NCBI GenBank assembly: GCA_037444665.1
Contig: JBBILZ010000005.1
Location: 1-64,000, forward strand
DNA length: 64,000 bases
Source: a candidate division WOR-3 bacterium
GTDB lineage: Bacteria; Hydrothermota; Tepidihabitantia; SM23-42; JAOAFX01
Reading direction: 5' to 3'
Made by a program: the position numbers and the translations under genes. Below are positions 29,202 through 38,392 of the stretch, in pieces. The first letter of the stretch is position 1. The number at the start of each line of letters is the position of its first letter. The notes below the pieces were generated by a model. The model ran no database searches. It was not told the origin of the DNA and was given only the letters and a program-made list of their open reading frames with translations.

Positions 29202-30755
29202 TTATTTTGCTACTTCAGTTGCCCTTGTTTCTCTTACTACAGTAACTTTGATCTGTCCAGGATATTGGATCTCTTTTTCAATTCGGCGTGCAATATCATT
29301 AGCCATATTTGAGACCTCAGTATCTGAAACTACTCCAGGGTTAACCATCACGCGCACTTCACGGCCGGCTTGAATTGCATATACCCTTTCAACACCATTA
29401 AATGAAGATACCACATCTTCAAGTGCCTTTAATCTTTTAATGTATGCCTCAATGGTTTCTCTTCTCGCACCTGGTCGGGCACCAGAAATTGAATCCGCAA
29501 TCTCTACAATAAAGGCATATGGTGTATTGGGTATTGTTTCTTCGTGGTGTGCAGCAATTGCATTGACAATGGTTTCACTTTCGTTAAATTTGGATGCAAG
29601 TTCAGCACCAATTTGAGCATGAGAACCTTCCATTGTTAAATCCGCAACTTTGCCCAGGTCGTGCAGCAAACCTGCCCTCTTTGCGATTATTGGGTCCAGG
29701 CCGAGTTCCTGGGCAATCAATGCCGAAAGATATGCAACCTCTTTGGAATGTTGTAATAGATTCTGTCCATAACTCGTCCGGAAGTACATTTTGCCTAAAT
29801 GCCGGACAAGCTCTGGCGCCAATCCAATAATTCCTAATTCCAGACAGATCTCTTCTCCGATATTCTTAATTGTTGCTTCAATCTCTTTTTGTGCATTTTT
29901 TACAACTTCTTCAATGCGTGATGGATGAATTCTGCCATCAGAGATCAGTTTAGACATAGCAATACGGGCAATCTCCCGTCGCACCGGGTCAAAACAAGAA
30001 AGGGAAATAGTTTCTGGTGTATCATCTATGATTACTTCTACTCCGGTCAGATTTTCAAATGCCCTGATATTTCTTCCTTCTCTACCAATAATTCTACCCT
30101 TCATCTCTTCAGAGGGAATTGATACAACAGAAATAGTTGTTTCTGCGGCATGGCTTGTAGCACAACGCTGAATTGCCTGAATAATTATTTCACGGGCGGT
30201 CTCTTCTGCCTTCAATCGCGCTTCTTCTTTTATACGGTTTAAGAGTGCAGCTGCTTCATGCCTTACCTCAGCCTCTAAGTTTTTCATCAACGCTGCCTTT
30301 GCCTCTTCCCTTGAAAGATTGGCAATTTTTTGTAGTGCTTCAGTCTCTTCTTTAATTAACTGGTCAAACCTTTCGGATTTTACCTGAATAATCTTTTCTC
30401 TATTTTGAATATTATGTTCTTTGTTGATGAGTTCTTTTTCTTTATCAATAATAAGACGTTCGCGACGTTCCAGCCCATTTTCTTTTTCCAGTAAACGCCT
30501 TTCTGCTTTTTCAATCTCTCTACGCCGATTAAGGGTCTCTTTTTCAAAATTTATTTTTTCCTGGTACCACTGTTCTTTTGCTGCAATTTCAGCAGATTTA
30601 CGATAATTCTCTGCTTCTTTTTTTGCTTCTTCAATAATCTTTCTTGCTTCATCCTGGGCATTGATAATTTTTGCCCGATTGTATCTAAGATAGAAATAAA
30701 CAACAAAAATTGCTTCTAAAGCCAGAATCACAATGGCAATTATTAACGCTGTCAT
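29202..30755 (-). CDS. rny: Ribonuclease Y
   Basis: N-terminal TM, coiled coil, KGRIIGREGRNIR (KH), HD domain; SD GGAGG before ATG 30755. Confidence 0.97.
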   Translation of the reverse strand: MTALIIAIVILALEAIFVVYFYLRYNRAKIINAQDEARKIIEEAKKEAENYRKSAEIAAKEQWYQEKINFEKETLNRRREIEKAERRLLEKENGLERRERLIIDKEKELINKEHNIQNREKIIQVKSERFDQLIKEETEALQKIANLSREEAKAALMKNLEAEVRHEAAALLNRIKEEARLKAEETAREIIIQAIQRCATSHAAETTISVVSIPSEEMKGRIIGREGRNIRAFENLTGVEVIIDDTPETISLSCFDPVRREIARIAMSKLISDGRIHPSRIEEVVKNAQKEIEATIKNIGEEICLELGIIGLAPELVRHLGKMYFRTSYGQNLLQHSKEVAYLSALIAQELGLDPIIAKRAGLLHDLGKVADLTMEGSHAQIGAELASKFNESETIVNAIAAHHEETIPNTPYAFIVEIADSISGARPGARRETIEAYIKRLKALEDVVSSFNGVERVYAIQAGREVRVMVNPGVVSDTEVSNMANDIARRIEKEIQYPGQIKVTVVRETRATEVAK

Positions 30756-30769
30756 ATAAACCTCCTCGG

Positions 30770-30799
30770 TCCCGATGCTGGAAAAAATCAGCATCGGGA
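30770..30799 (-). other. Stable hairpin between 6S RNA and rny
   Basis: TCCCGATGCTG-N8-CAGCATCGGGA inverted repeat; no clear U-tract. Confidence 0.6.
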
Positions 30800-30812
30800 A
30801 AATTTAGATAAA

Positions 30813-30963
30813 GTTCCCCGCGTATGCCGTGTGGGAAAAAGTCTTTGAACCCAGGGTTAAAGTGGGCGCCTGTTAACTATAGAAGAACCTATAGCCAAAC
30901 TTGGCTCCCTAACGATGGGTGTTGGCTCAAGACTTAATGCCCATCACGAGCATCGCAGGGAAC
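30813..30963 (-). ncRNA. ssrS: 6S RNA
   Basis: Canonical position downstream of zapA; closing stem GTTCCCTGCG...CGCGGGGAAC, internal TTGAGCC/GGTTCAA and GGGAGC/GCGCCC pairings. Confidence 0.88.
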
Positions 30964-30966
30964 GAA

Positions 30967-31263
30967 TTAAGTAATTACTTCATCAATCTTGAGAATTAAA
31001 GAATTAATTCTCTGCTCTAATTCCACAATTTTTTGATTAAGATGCTCTTCTTTTTGTAGATATTCATCAACCAGATTTAGACAGGCGAGCACAGCAATCT
31101 TGGTGGTTGATGGTAAAGGAAATTCACGATGAATATCCTTCATTTTTTTATCCACAATTTCGGCAATCTTCTTAATTCGCTCCTCATCCATATCTTCGGA
31201 TGTTATGCGATAATCATTTCCGAAGATATTGACCACGACCTCATTGGTTTGACCTTTTTTCAA
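30967..31263 (-). CDS. zapA: Cell division protein ZapA
   Basis: VNIFGNDYRI, VDKKM, AVLACLN; synteny. Confidence 0.92.
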   Translation of the reverse strand: MKKGQTNEVVVNIFGNDYRITSEDMDEERIKKIAEIVDKKMKDIHREFPLPSTTKIAVLACLNLVDEYLQKEEHLNQKIVELEQRINSLILKIDEVIT

Positions 31264-31307
31264 GATTGCTCCTAATGGCTCATAAAATTAAATCCAATAA
31301 TTTTTTA

Positions 31308-31484
31308 TCATAAACTCATTGTTTCAATCTTCTCAATCAGCACATCAACGCGCTTTTTTAATTCATCTTCTCTTTCTTTGAATTGCTTGTTTTCTTCTTC
31401 AAGCTGACTAATTTTCTGCCTAAGTTCATTAATTAAATTTATCATCCTGTCAATCTTTTCCTCAAGTTTTGCTATTCCGTTCAA
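31308..31484 (-). CDS. zapB: ZapB-like coiled-coil protein (58 aa, absent from ORF track)
   Basis: TTG start with SD AGGAG; MNGIAKLEEKIDRMINLINELRQKISQLEEEN...; lies between pheT and zapA. Confidence 0.78.
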   Translation of the reverse strand: MNGIAKLEEKIDRMINLINELRQKISQLEEENKQFKEREDELKKRVDVLIEKIETMSL

Positions 31485-33802
31485 TTGTTCTCCTTTGTTC
31501 TTAAAATTGCACCAAAGTTGGTTATAACCTCATTGATAATCTTTTTCACAAAGTTATCAACTTCTTCATCGGTCAGGGTTCGATCCGGTGCCTTGAAATA
31601 CAATCTGAAACCCAGATTCTTTTTTCCCGCAGGAAGATTCTTTCCTTTATAATAATCAAATAGTATGACTTTCTCAACAATTGGACCGGCAACACGGTTG
31701 ATCAAATTTTTCACTACAGGCACCTCAATATTATCGTCAAACAGGAATGCAATATCACGGATGTTCGCAGGGAATTTAGGTGGTGGATTATAAAATGGCT
31801 CATTGATCAGCGTTAGAATTTTGTCTATAGAGATCTCAAAAAAGAAGAATTCACGGTCGCATAATTCAGGGGCAATGATACCGAGGTATCCGAGTTCTTT
31901 ATCAGAGGAGGTAATCTTTACTGCCTGACTGAATCCAACCTGTTGATGATGTAAAAACTCAATATTCTTAATCATCAGTGCCTCAAAGAGCATTTCTACT
32001 GTGCCTTTGGCATCAAAATAGTTGATATTCTGGTCAGCCTTTTCCCAGAAGTTCGGATAAAGTTCGCCACCGAGAACAGCACCGAGCCTCTTTTCCTGAA
32101 TAAATCCAGGATTCAAGAAAACATTACCCACCTCAAAGAGTTTGAGCGAATAGTTACCCTTTGAGTGATTGTACTGAATAGCATCAAGTAGGCCCAAAAA
32201 TAGGGTGGGCCTTAACGAGTTGAACCGTTCACTCAACGGATTTTTTAATTTTACAAACTCACTGTATCCAAGCTCATTAAGACGCTGGCTGGATACCAGT
32301 GAGAGATTGTAGGTTTCACTGAAACCCATTCCATTCATATAGTATTTTAAAAATTTAATAATAGCACGGCTTTTATCATGAATTCTGGTAATTGCCCATC
32401 TGCCAGGTATAACATCGGGGATATTCATATACCCGTATATGCGTGCTAACTCTTCATAAATATCTTCTTCAATCTGGAGGTCATAACGATAATGAGGGAT
32501 TATTGCCTTTAGTTGATTCTTACCCGAAACTTTGATTTCAGATTTTATTAAGAGACTCTTTACTTCATCAGTATTAAGATTCAGGGAAAGGATAGAGTTC
32601 ATTCTGTTACGCGAGAAAGGTATCATTTTTGGTTTTGCTTTTTTACCCATACTGATAAATTTGACCTCTTTTGCACCAGCACTAATTTTGAAATTTTCTC
32701 CAGTCATTCTTGAGACTTCGTCTACCATTGATAGGTCTGCACCCCGTTCAAATCTCATTGATGCCTCAGTTTGAATACCAAGTCGTCTACGGGTATGGGC
32801 AATACGACGGGGATTGAAGAATGCACTTTCCAGTAATATTCGTCGGGTGGAGTTCGTAATCTGGGAACAGCGTGCACCAATTATACCCGCCAGTGCAATG
32901 GGTCCATTTTTATCAGCAATCACCAGGTCTTTTTCATCTAATTTAAAGACCGTGCCTTCAAGGGTTACGAATTGCTCATTTTTTTGCGCTGACCTGATTA
33001 TTATGGGCTCTTTTATTAAATCAAGGTCAAAGGGGTGCAATGGTTGACCGGTTAAAAGCATATTGATATTTGTAATGTCAACCACATTATTAATCCCTTT
33101 CATTCCCATACAGGACAGGCGCCATTTTACAGAAAAAGGAGACTCTTTGATCACAACATCTTCAAAGATTCTCGCTGTGTATCTGGGACAACCGTCCAGG
33201 TCTTTTATCTTCACCACAGCGGTGTCATTGTGGTTTACCTGTTCAGGATTTTTTTCCTTGTAAGAAAATTTAATTCCCAGGCCCAGGCTAAATTCTCGCG
33301 CCACGCCGAGGATTGATAAAAGGTCTGGCCGATTGGTGTTAACTTTAATATCCAAAACCAGATCATCAAAAACATCTTTAAAGTGTGCTCCTTCATTTCC
33401 TCGGTCTACAACAATTACACCCGTAGATTTTTCAGCAATGCCCATTTCTTCTTCACTTACCAGCATACCAGTTGACTTAACGCCGTTAAAATCTCTTTCT
33501 CCCACTACCTTATCCTTAAATTTTTTTCCTGATGGGACTACAAATACCAGGTCGTCTACTTTAATGTTCATTGCAGATGTAACAATCTGATGATGTGTAG
33601 TGGTCTTGATGTCCAGTATATTTAAATTTTTTAAGGTTGGATGTGGGTTGATCTTCACAATTCTGCCAATGACAATGTCACCAGGACAGTATTGATATTG
33701 CTGTCCAATCTCCATGCCGAGGTTATTAGCCGCCTTTTCCAGTGCCTTAATATCTAATTTTGTATTAAGAATCTCTTCAAGCCATTTAACCGACGCTAAC
33801 AT
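31481..33802 (-). CDS. pheT: Phenylalanyl-tRNA synthetase beta subunit
   Basis: NRPDLLSILGVARE, GQPLHPFD, RFERG, C-terminal anticodon-binding domain. Confidence 0.97.
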   Translation of the reverse strand: MLASVKWLEEILNTKLDIKALEKAANNLGMEIGQQYQYCPGDIVIGRIVKINPHPTLKNLNILDIKTTTHHQIVTSAMNIKVDDLVFVVPSGKKFKDKVVGERDFNGVKSTGMLVSEEEMGIAEKSTGVIVVDRGNEGAHFKDVFDDLVLDIKVNTNRPDLLSILGVAREFSLGLGIKFSYKEKNPEQVNHNDTAVVKIKDLDGCPRYTARIFEDVVIKESPFSVKWRLSCMGMKGINNVVDITNINMLLTGQPLHPFDLDLIKEPIIIRSAQKNEQFVTLEGTVFKLDEKDLVIADKNGPIALAGIIGARCSQITNSTRRILLESAFFNPRRIAHTRRRLGIQTEASMRFERGADLSMVDEVSRMTGENFKISAGAKEVKFISMGKKAKPKMIPFSRNRMNSILSLNLNTDEVKSLLIKSEIKVSGKNQLKAIIPHYRYDLQIEEDIYEELARIYGYMNIPDVIPGRWAITRIHDKSRAIIKFLKYYMNGMGFSETYNLSLVSSQRLNELGYSEFVKLKNPLSERFNSLRPTLFLGLLDAIQYNHSKGNYSLKLFEVGNVFLNPGFIQEKRLGAVLGGELYPNFWEKADQNINYFDAKGTVEMLFEALMIKNIEFLHHQQVGFSQAVKITSSDKELGYLGIIAPELCDREFFFFEISIDKILTLINEPFYNPPPKFPANIRDIAFLFDDNIEVPVVKNLINRVAGPIVEKVILFDYYKGKNLPAGKKNLGFRLYFKAPDRTLTDEEVDNFVKKIINEVITNFGAILRTKENN

Positions 33803-33846
33803 ATTAATTCCTTTAAATTTTTTATTGATATATATTCTAGCATATC

Positions 33847-34848
33847 CTAAAATTGTTCCAAAAATCTCATATCATTATTATAGAATACGCGGATATCATC
33901 AATAAGATATTTAATCATTGCAACCCGCTCAATACCCATACCCAATGCATAACCAGAATATACCTTTGGTGAAATTTTGACATTCTTTAGCACCTGGGGG
34001 TGGACCATACCACAGCCGAGCATCTCCAGCCAGCCCGTATTACCGCAGACCGGACAGCCATCACCCTGACATACTGCACAACTTATGGCAAGTTCTCCAG
34101 ATGGTTCGGTAAATGGAAAGAAACTTGGTCTTAATTCATACCTGATTTTGGGCCCGAAAATCTGTTTGACAAATTCACTCAGGAGCCATTTTAATTCACC
34201 GAAAGATACGCCTTTATCCACATAAAGGACTTCAACCTGATGAAAGACCGGTGAATGGCTCGGGTCAAATGGGTCAAACCTGTAGCATCTTCCAGGACAG
34301 ATAATTTTTATTGGCGGCTTTATTTTTTCCATTACGCGTATTTGAACTGGAGATGTGTGGCTCCTCAATAAGAGTTCATCAGTGATGAATAGACTGGAAA
34401 AATTGTCACGCGCGGGATGGTCCTTTGGTATATTTAATGCCTCAAAATTATACCAGTCATATTCAATTTCAGGTCCTGATGCAACCACAAATCCAAGATT
34501 CTCAAAAAATGATTCTATTTCATCTTGAATCAATGAGAGTGGATGGCGATGCCCCACATAGCCTGTTCTGCCAGGCAATAAAGGGTCTATTCGGAAAGCC
34601 GATAATTGATTGAATTCAGATAGTTTCGTATTCAAAAACTCATTCAGTTTTGATTTTAACTGATTGATTTCGTTCCCTAATTTTCTTTTCTCTTCAAGCG
34701 GGAAATTCGCGAGTTCTTTAAAGAGTTCATTTAGGATGCCCTTTCTGCCGAGATAACGAATCCGGAATGCCTCAAGCGTATTAATGTCTTTTATTTTATC
34801 CAGTTCTGCATTGATGTTTGACTTTAACTCATTAATCTTCTGTTCCAT
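33847..34848 (-). CDS. pheS: Phenylalanyl-tRNA synthetase alpha subunit
   Basis: HPARD, LRSHTSPVQ, FPFTEPS, GCGMVHP. Confidence 0.98.
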   Translation of the reverse strand: MEQKINELKSNINAELDKIKDINTLEAFRIRYLGRKGILNELFKELANFPLEEKRKLGNEINQLKSKLNEFLNTKLSEFNQLSAFRIDPLLPGRTGYVGHRHPLSLIQDEIESFFENLGFVVASGPEIEYDWYNFEALNIPKDHPARDNFSSLFITDELLLRSHTSPVQIRVMEKIKPPIKIICPGRCYRFDPFDPSHSPVFHQVEVLYVDKGVSFGELKWLLSEFVKQIFGPKIRYELRPSFFPFTEPSGELAISCAVCQGDGCPVCGNTGWLEMLGCGMVHPQVLKNVKISPKVYSGYALGMGIERVAMIKYLIDDIRVFYNNDMRFLEQF

Positions 34849-34869
34849 TATTTAACGTCCTTTATTTTT

Positions 34870-35226
34870 CTAACTCTGTGCTGATTTACAGGTTTCAATC
34901 AATGAATTAAATGCCTCTGGATGCTCATAGGCGAGCATTGCCAGTGTCTTGCGGTCCATCTCTATTTTATTTTTCTTCAGGGTATTCATAAATTCAGAGT
35001 ATTTTAATCCCTTATCCCTTAATGCGGCATTGATTCTTGTTATCCATAGTGCCCTGAAGACCCTTTTCTTCCTTTTCCGTTCTTTATATGCAGAGAGCCA
35101 CGCCTTCATCACCTGTAAGCGCGCAGTCTTATAGAGTCGGTGCTTGGCACCCCAATACCCTTTAGCCGCCTTAAGCCACTTTTTCCGGCGCTTTCTCGTA
35201 TATGGAGCATTTTTTGTTCTTGGCAT
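34870..35226 (-). CDS. rplT: 50S ribosomal protein L20
   Basis: AKGYWG, FRALWITRINAA. Confidence 0.98.
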   Translation of the reverse strand: MPRTKNAPYTRKRRKKWLKAAKGYWGAKHRLYKTARLQVMKAWLSAYKERKRKKRVFRALWITRINAALRDKGLKYSEFMNTLKKNKIEMDRKTLAMLAYEHPEAFNSLIETCKSAQS

Positions 35227-35298
35227 TTATTCTTCTCCTTTCATTAAAATCTTGTTTGGGAACGCCTGAAATTTTTGCTTTTCAGACTTCACCAGAGA

Positions 35299-35326
35299 AT
35301 TATAATCAGATAATAAATTCTGTCAA
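35299..35326 (-). promoter_or_regulatory. Internal promoter TTGACA-N16-TATAAT upstream of rplT
   Basis: Consensus hexamers in the 171-bp rpmI-rplT gap. Confidence 0.72.
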
Positions 35327-35397
35327 GTGCCGAAAGCAAATTATTTCTATTTTACGCAACTAAACTAATAAAAACAACTCTGTGATAACGGCACAGG

Positions 35398-35586
35398 CTA
35401 TTTAAAATCTTTAAATTTTTTTAAATCTGCCCTGGATACAGGTGCCAGTTTTGAAAGTCTTCTTTTATGTCTCCTTGACTTGCCAGTAAGGAGGTGCCTT
35501 TTACCTGCTTTCCAATGCAGAATCTTACCATTCTTTTTAATTTTTACCCGTTTTAACCAACCTCTTTTTGTTTTCAATTTACTCAT
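35398..35586 (-). CDS. rpmI: 50S ribosomal protein L35
   Basis: KLKTKRG..KR, RHLL; synteny. Confidence 0.95.
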   Translation of the reverse strand: MSKLKTKRGWLKRVKIKKNGKILHWKAGKRHLLTGKSRRHKRRLSKLAPVSRADLKKFKDFK

Positions 35587-36106
35587 TACCTGTTCTCCTT
35601 TTTTGTGGAATTAAAGTAACAGAGATAATCTGTTCTTCTTGTTTAGGCGGCGCTTCTTCCTTGGCAATCTCCTGAAGGTCATTTTTTACCCTTTCTACCA
35701 ATTTCATTCCCAGATGGGCATGGAGTAATTCCCTGCCTCGGAGTCTGAGTTTTATCTTTACGCGGTCGCCTTTTTCTAAAAATTCTTTTATCTTATTCAT
35801 CTTTACCTGATAATCGTGTTCAGAAATCTTCATTGATAATCTCATTTCACGAATCTGGGTTTGATGCTGGTGTTTTCTGGATGCGCGTTCCTGCCTTTTC
35901 TTTTCATAAACATAACGTCCAAAATTCATTAATCTGCATACAGGAGGTTGGGCATCAGGAGCAACCTCAACCAGATCAACACCACGTTCTCGTGCAATTC
36001 TAAGGGCGATGTTAATTTCAAAGATGCCCAGATACTGGCGATTTTCATCCACTAATTTTACTTTTTCTGCCTTTATTTCATTATTGACTCTTGGTAGGTT
36101 TTTAAT
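35579..36106 (-). CDS. infC: Translation initiation factor IF-3 (ATT start)
   Basis: Frame open upstream to ATT 36106 with SD AGGAGG; adds IKNLPRVNNEIKAEKVKLV; DLVEVAP..PPVCR. Confidence 0.95.
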   Translation of the reverse strand: MKNLPRVNNEIKAEKVKLVDENRQYLGIFEINIALRIARERGVDLVEVAPDAQPPVCRLMNFGRYVYEKKRQERASRKHQHQTQIREMRLSMKISEHDYQVKMNKIKEFLEKGDRVKIKLRLRGRELLHAHLGMKLVERVKNDLQEIAKEEAPPKQEEQIISVTLIPQKRRTGNE

Positions 36107-38000
36107 CTTCTCCTCCTTGTTCTGAGTCAGTTAAATTGAAAAAATCTTTTAACTTCATCTCGCCGAGGTCTCCGCGGCCCCTCTTTCTTACCGAGATGGT
36201 CTTCTTTTCAAGTTCGCGCTGGCCAATAATAAGAATATACGGGATTTTTTTGACCTCAGCCTCTCTGATCCGGTAATTTATTTTCATAGATTTACTATTC
36301 AACTCGGTCCTTAAACCATGCTTAAGACAACGATTAAAAATATCACGAGCATAGGTATTTTCTTTGTCAGTTATTGGCATTACCGCAACCTGGACCGGTG
36401 AAAGCCAGAGTGGAAATGCACCTGCATAATGTTCAATTAAAGTGCCAATGAATCGTTCTAAAGAGCCATAAAGTGCACGGTGGATAACCACAACTTCTTT
36501 ATGTTGTCCTTTGGCATCCATATACTCTATCTTGAAACGTTTGGGCAGATTAAAATCAAACTGCACTGTGGTTGCCTGCCATGCACGGCCCAGTGCATCA
36601 AGGATATTGATATCAATTTTTGGACCATAAAATACTGCCTCACCAGATTGAACCTTGTATTGTAATTTGACCTTTTTTAATGCTGAAATAAGACCATTTT
36701 CTGCATTTTGCCACTCATCATCCGAACCCATATATTTTGATTTTTCCTTCTGGTCGCGCACTGAAAGGTTGACCTGAAAATTCTCAAACCCAAATTTCTT
36801 AAAGATGGTGAGGGTTAATTGGAGAATTTTTACTATCTCTTCTTCAATCTGGTCAGGTCTACAGAAGATATGGGCATCATCCTGGGTAAAACCCCTTACC
36901 CTTAATAGGCCATGGAGCGTCCCTGATAGTTCATTTCTATAGACCGTGCCCATTTCTGCAAATTTTATGGGTAATTCTTTATAACTTCTTACTTTTGATT
37001 TATAGATGAGAATATGCCCTGGGCAGTTCATCGGTTTTAGTACATACTCTTCATTTTCCACAGGCAGTGTGAACATCTTATCCCGGTAAAAATCATAATG
37101 TCCTGAAATCTGCCAGAGATTACTACGGGCAATATGGGGTGTAGAAATGATTTCGTAACCATTCTTGAGATGCTGTTTTATCCAGTAATCTTCAATTAAT
37201 CTTTTGATAATCGTTCCTTTGGGATGCCAGAACACAAGGCCTGCACCAGCTTCATCAAAGATTGAAAATAGTTCAAGTTCTGTGCCCAATTTACGGTGGT
37301 CCCTTTTCTGAGCCTCTTCAAGTTTATGCAGGTAATGTTTTAATTGTTCATCTGCAATAAATGATATACCATAGATTCTTGATAACATAGGCAAACGTGA
37401 GTCTCCACGCCAGTATGCACCCGCAACACTGAGCAGTTTGAATGCCTTTACCATCCCGGTTCTCGGGATATGGGGTCCACGGCATAGGTCAACAAATTCT
37501 CCATTACGATATAAACTTATCTCTTTGTCCGGAATGTCACGGGCAAGTTCTACTTTATAGTATTCATTGCGTCGGGTAAAGAACTCAATAACTGCTTCTT
37601 TTTTCATCACAATACGCTCAAAAGGCATATCAGCCTTTATAATTTCTGCCATTTTTTCTTCTATCCTGGGCAGGTCTTCATTAGTAAAGGGAGTGGGATA
37701 GTCAAAATCATAATAAAAACCCTGGTCAATGGATGGACCGATTGCCAGTTTTGCATCTGGAAATATAGCCTTCACTGCCATTGCCATAATATGGGAAGTA
37801 GAATGCCAGAAGATTTGCTGCCCCTCCGGGTCATTAAAATTAATCAATTCTATCTCGCAATTTTCATTAAGCGAGGTGTTCAGGTCCTTCAATTCACCAT
37901 TTATCCGCACCGCCAGACACTCTTTATCTTTAATGAGTTCAGCAACCTTCTTGCCGGGTTCAACTTCCATTAATGTTCCATTAAGTTTAATTTTCAACAT
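36102..38000 (-). CDS. thrS: Threonyl-tRNA synthetase
   Basis: HSTSH, DLCRGPH, KPMNCPGH, RVRGFTQDDAH. Confidence 0.98.
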   Translation of the reverse strand: MLKIKLNGTLMEVEPGKKVAELIKDKECLAVRINGELKDLNTSLNENCEIELINFNDPEGQQIFWHSTSHIMAMAVKAIFPDAKLAIGPSIDQGFYYDFDYPTPFTNEDLPRIEEKMAEIIKADMPFERIVMKKEAVIEFFTRRNEYYKVELARDIPDKEISLYRNGEFVDLCRGPHIPRTGMVKAFKLLSVAGAYWRGDSRLPMLSRIYGISFIADEQLKHYLHKLEEAQKRDHRKLGTELELFSIFDEAGAGLVFWHPKGTIIKRLIEDYWIKQHLKNGYEIISTPHIARSNLWQISGHYDFYRDKMFTLPVENEEYVLKPMNCPGHILIYKSKVRSYKELPIKFAEMGTVYRNELSGTLHGLLRVRGFTQDDAHIFCRPDQIEEEIVKILQLTLTIFKKFGFENFQVNLSVRDQKEKSKYMGSDDEWQNAENGLISALKKVKLQYKVQSGEAVFYGPKIDINILDALGRAWQATTVQFDFNLPKRFKIEYMDAKGQHKEVVVIHRALYGSLERFIGTLIEHYAGAFPLWLSPVQVAVMPITDKENTYARDIFNRCLKHGLRTELNSKSMKINYRIREAEVKKIPYILIIGQRELEKKTISVRKRGRGDLGEMKLKDFFNLTDSEQGGED

Positions 38001-38006
38001 CTTTCA

Positions 38007-38034
38007 ATTATAGGGCATTTTTTAAATTTGTCAA
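38007..38034 (-). promoter_or_regulatory. Promoter TTGACA-N16-TATAAT for thrS (leaderless)
   Basis: Consensus hexamers; ATG 6 nt after the -10 box. Confidence 0.78.
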
Positions 38035-38146
38035 TGGGTTTTTGCACATTTATTTAATACATATCCACATATCCACGTATCCCTTAAGCTTCAATTTTTT
38101 AAAATTCCCCATACTTCATTTTTCCCATATTCGGGCATCAGTGTAG

Positions 38147-38174
38147 TTGACATTACTGTTTATCTTGGTATAAT
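38147..38174 (+). promoter_or_regulatory. Promoter TTGACA-N16-TATAAT
   Basis: Consensus hexamers followed by SD AAGGAG and ATG 38192. Confidence 0.75.
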
Positions 38175-38191
38175 CACAAAAAGGAGTCATT

Positions 38192-38353
38192 ATGGATAAC
38201 AAAATAATCAAATTTGCAAAGATATGTGCTATGTCTATATTTTTATTACTCATCACAAGGATGGTATATGCTGAAAATTTAGTATCTAACCGACAATCCA
38301 GATTTATCGCACAACTTGAATTCGGAGCCCTGTGGCAGAGCCTATGGAATTAA
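38192..38353 (+). CDS. 53-aa ORF with signal peptide (small secreted peptide or truncated gene)
   Basis: MDNKIIKFAKICAMSIFLLLITRMVYA-ENLVSNRQSRFIAQLEFGALWQSLWN; promoter and SD present. Confidence 0.6.
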   Translation: MDNKIIKFAKICAMSIFLLLITRMVYAENLVSNRQSRFIAQLEFGALWQSLWN

Positions 38354-38392
38354 ACCCTGCAATAGTGCGCACAGGGTAAAAATTGTAAACCA

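Noticed and set aside
33234..33248. 15-nt exact match between spacer 1 (54-68) and the pheT sense strand
   Set aside because: Only 15 of 38 nt match and the flanks mismatch; consistent with chance, not self-targeting.
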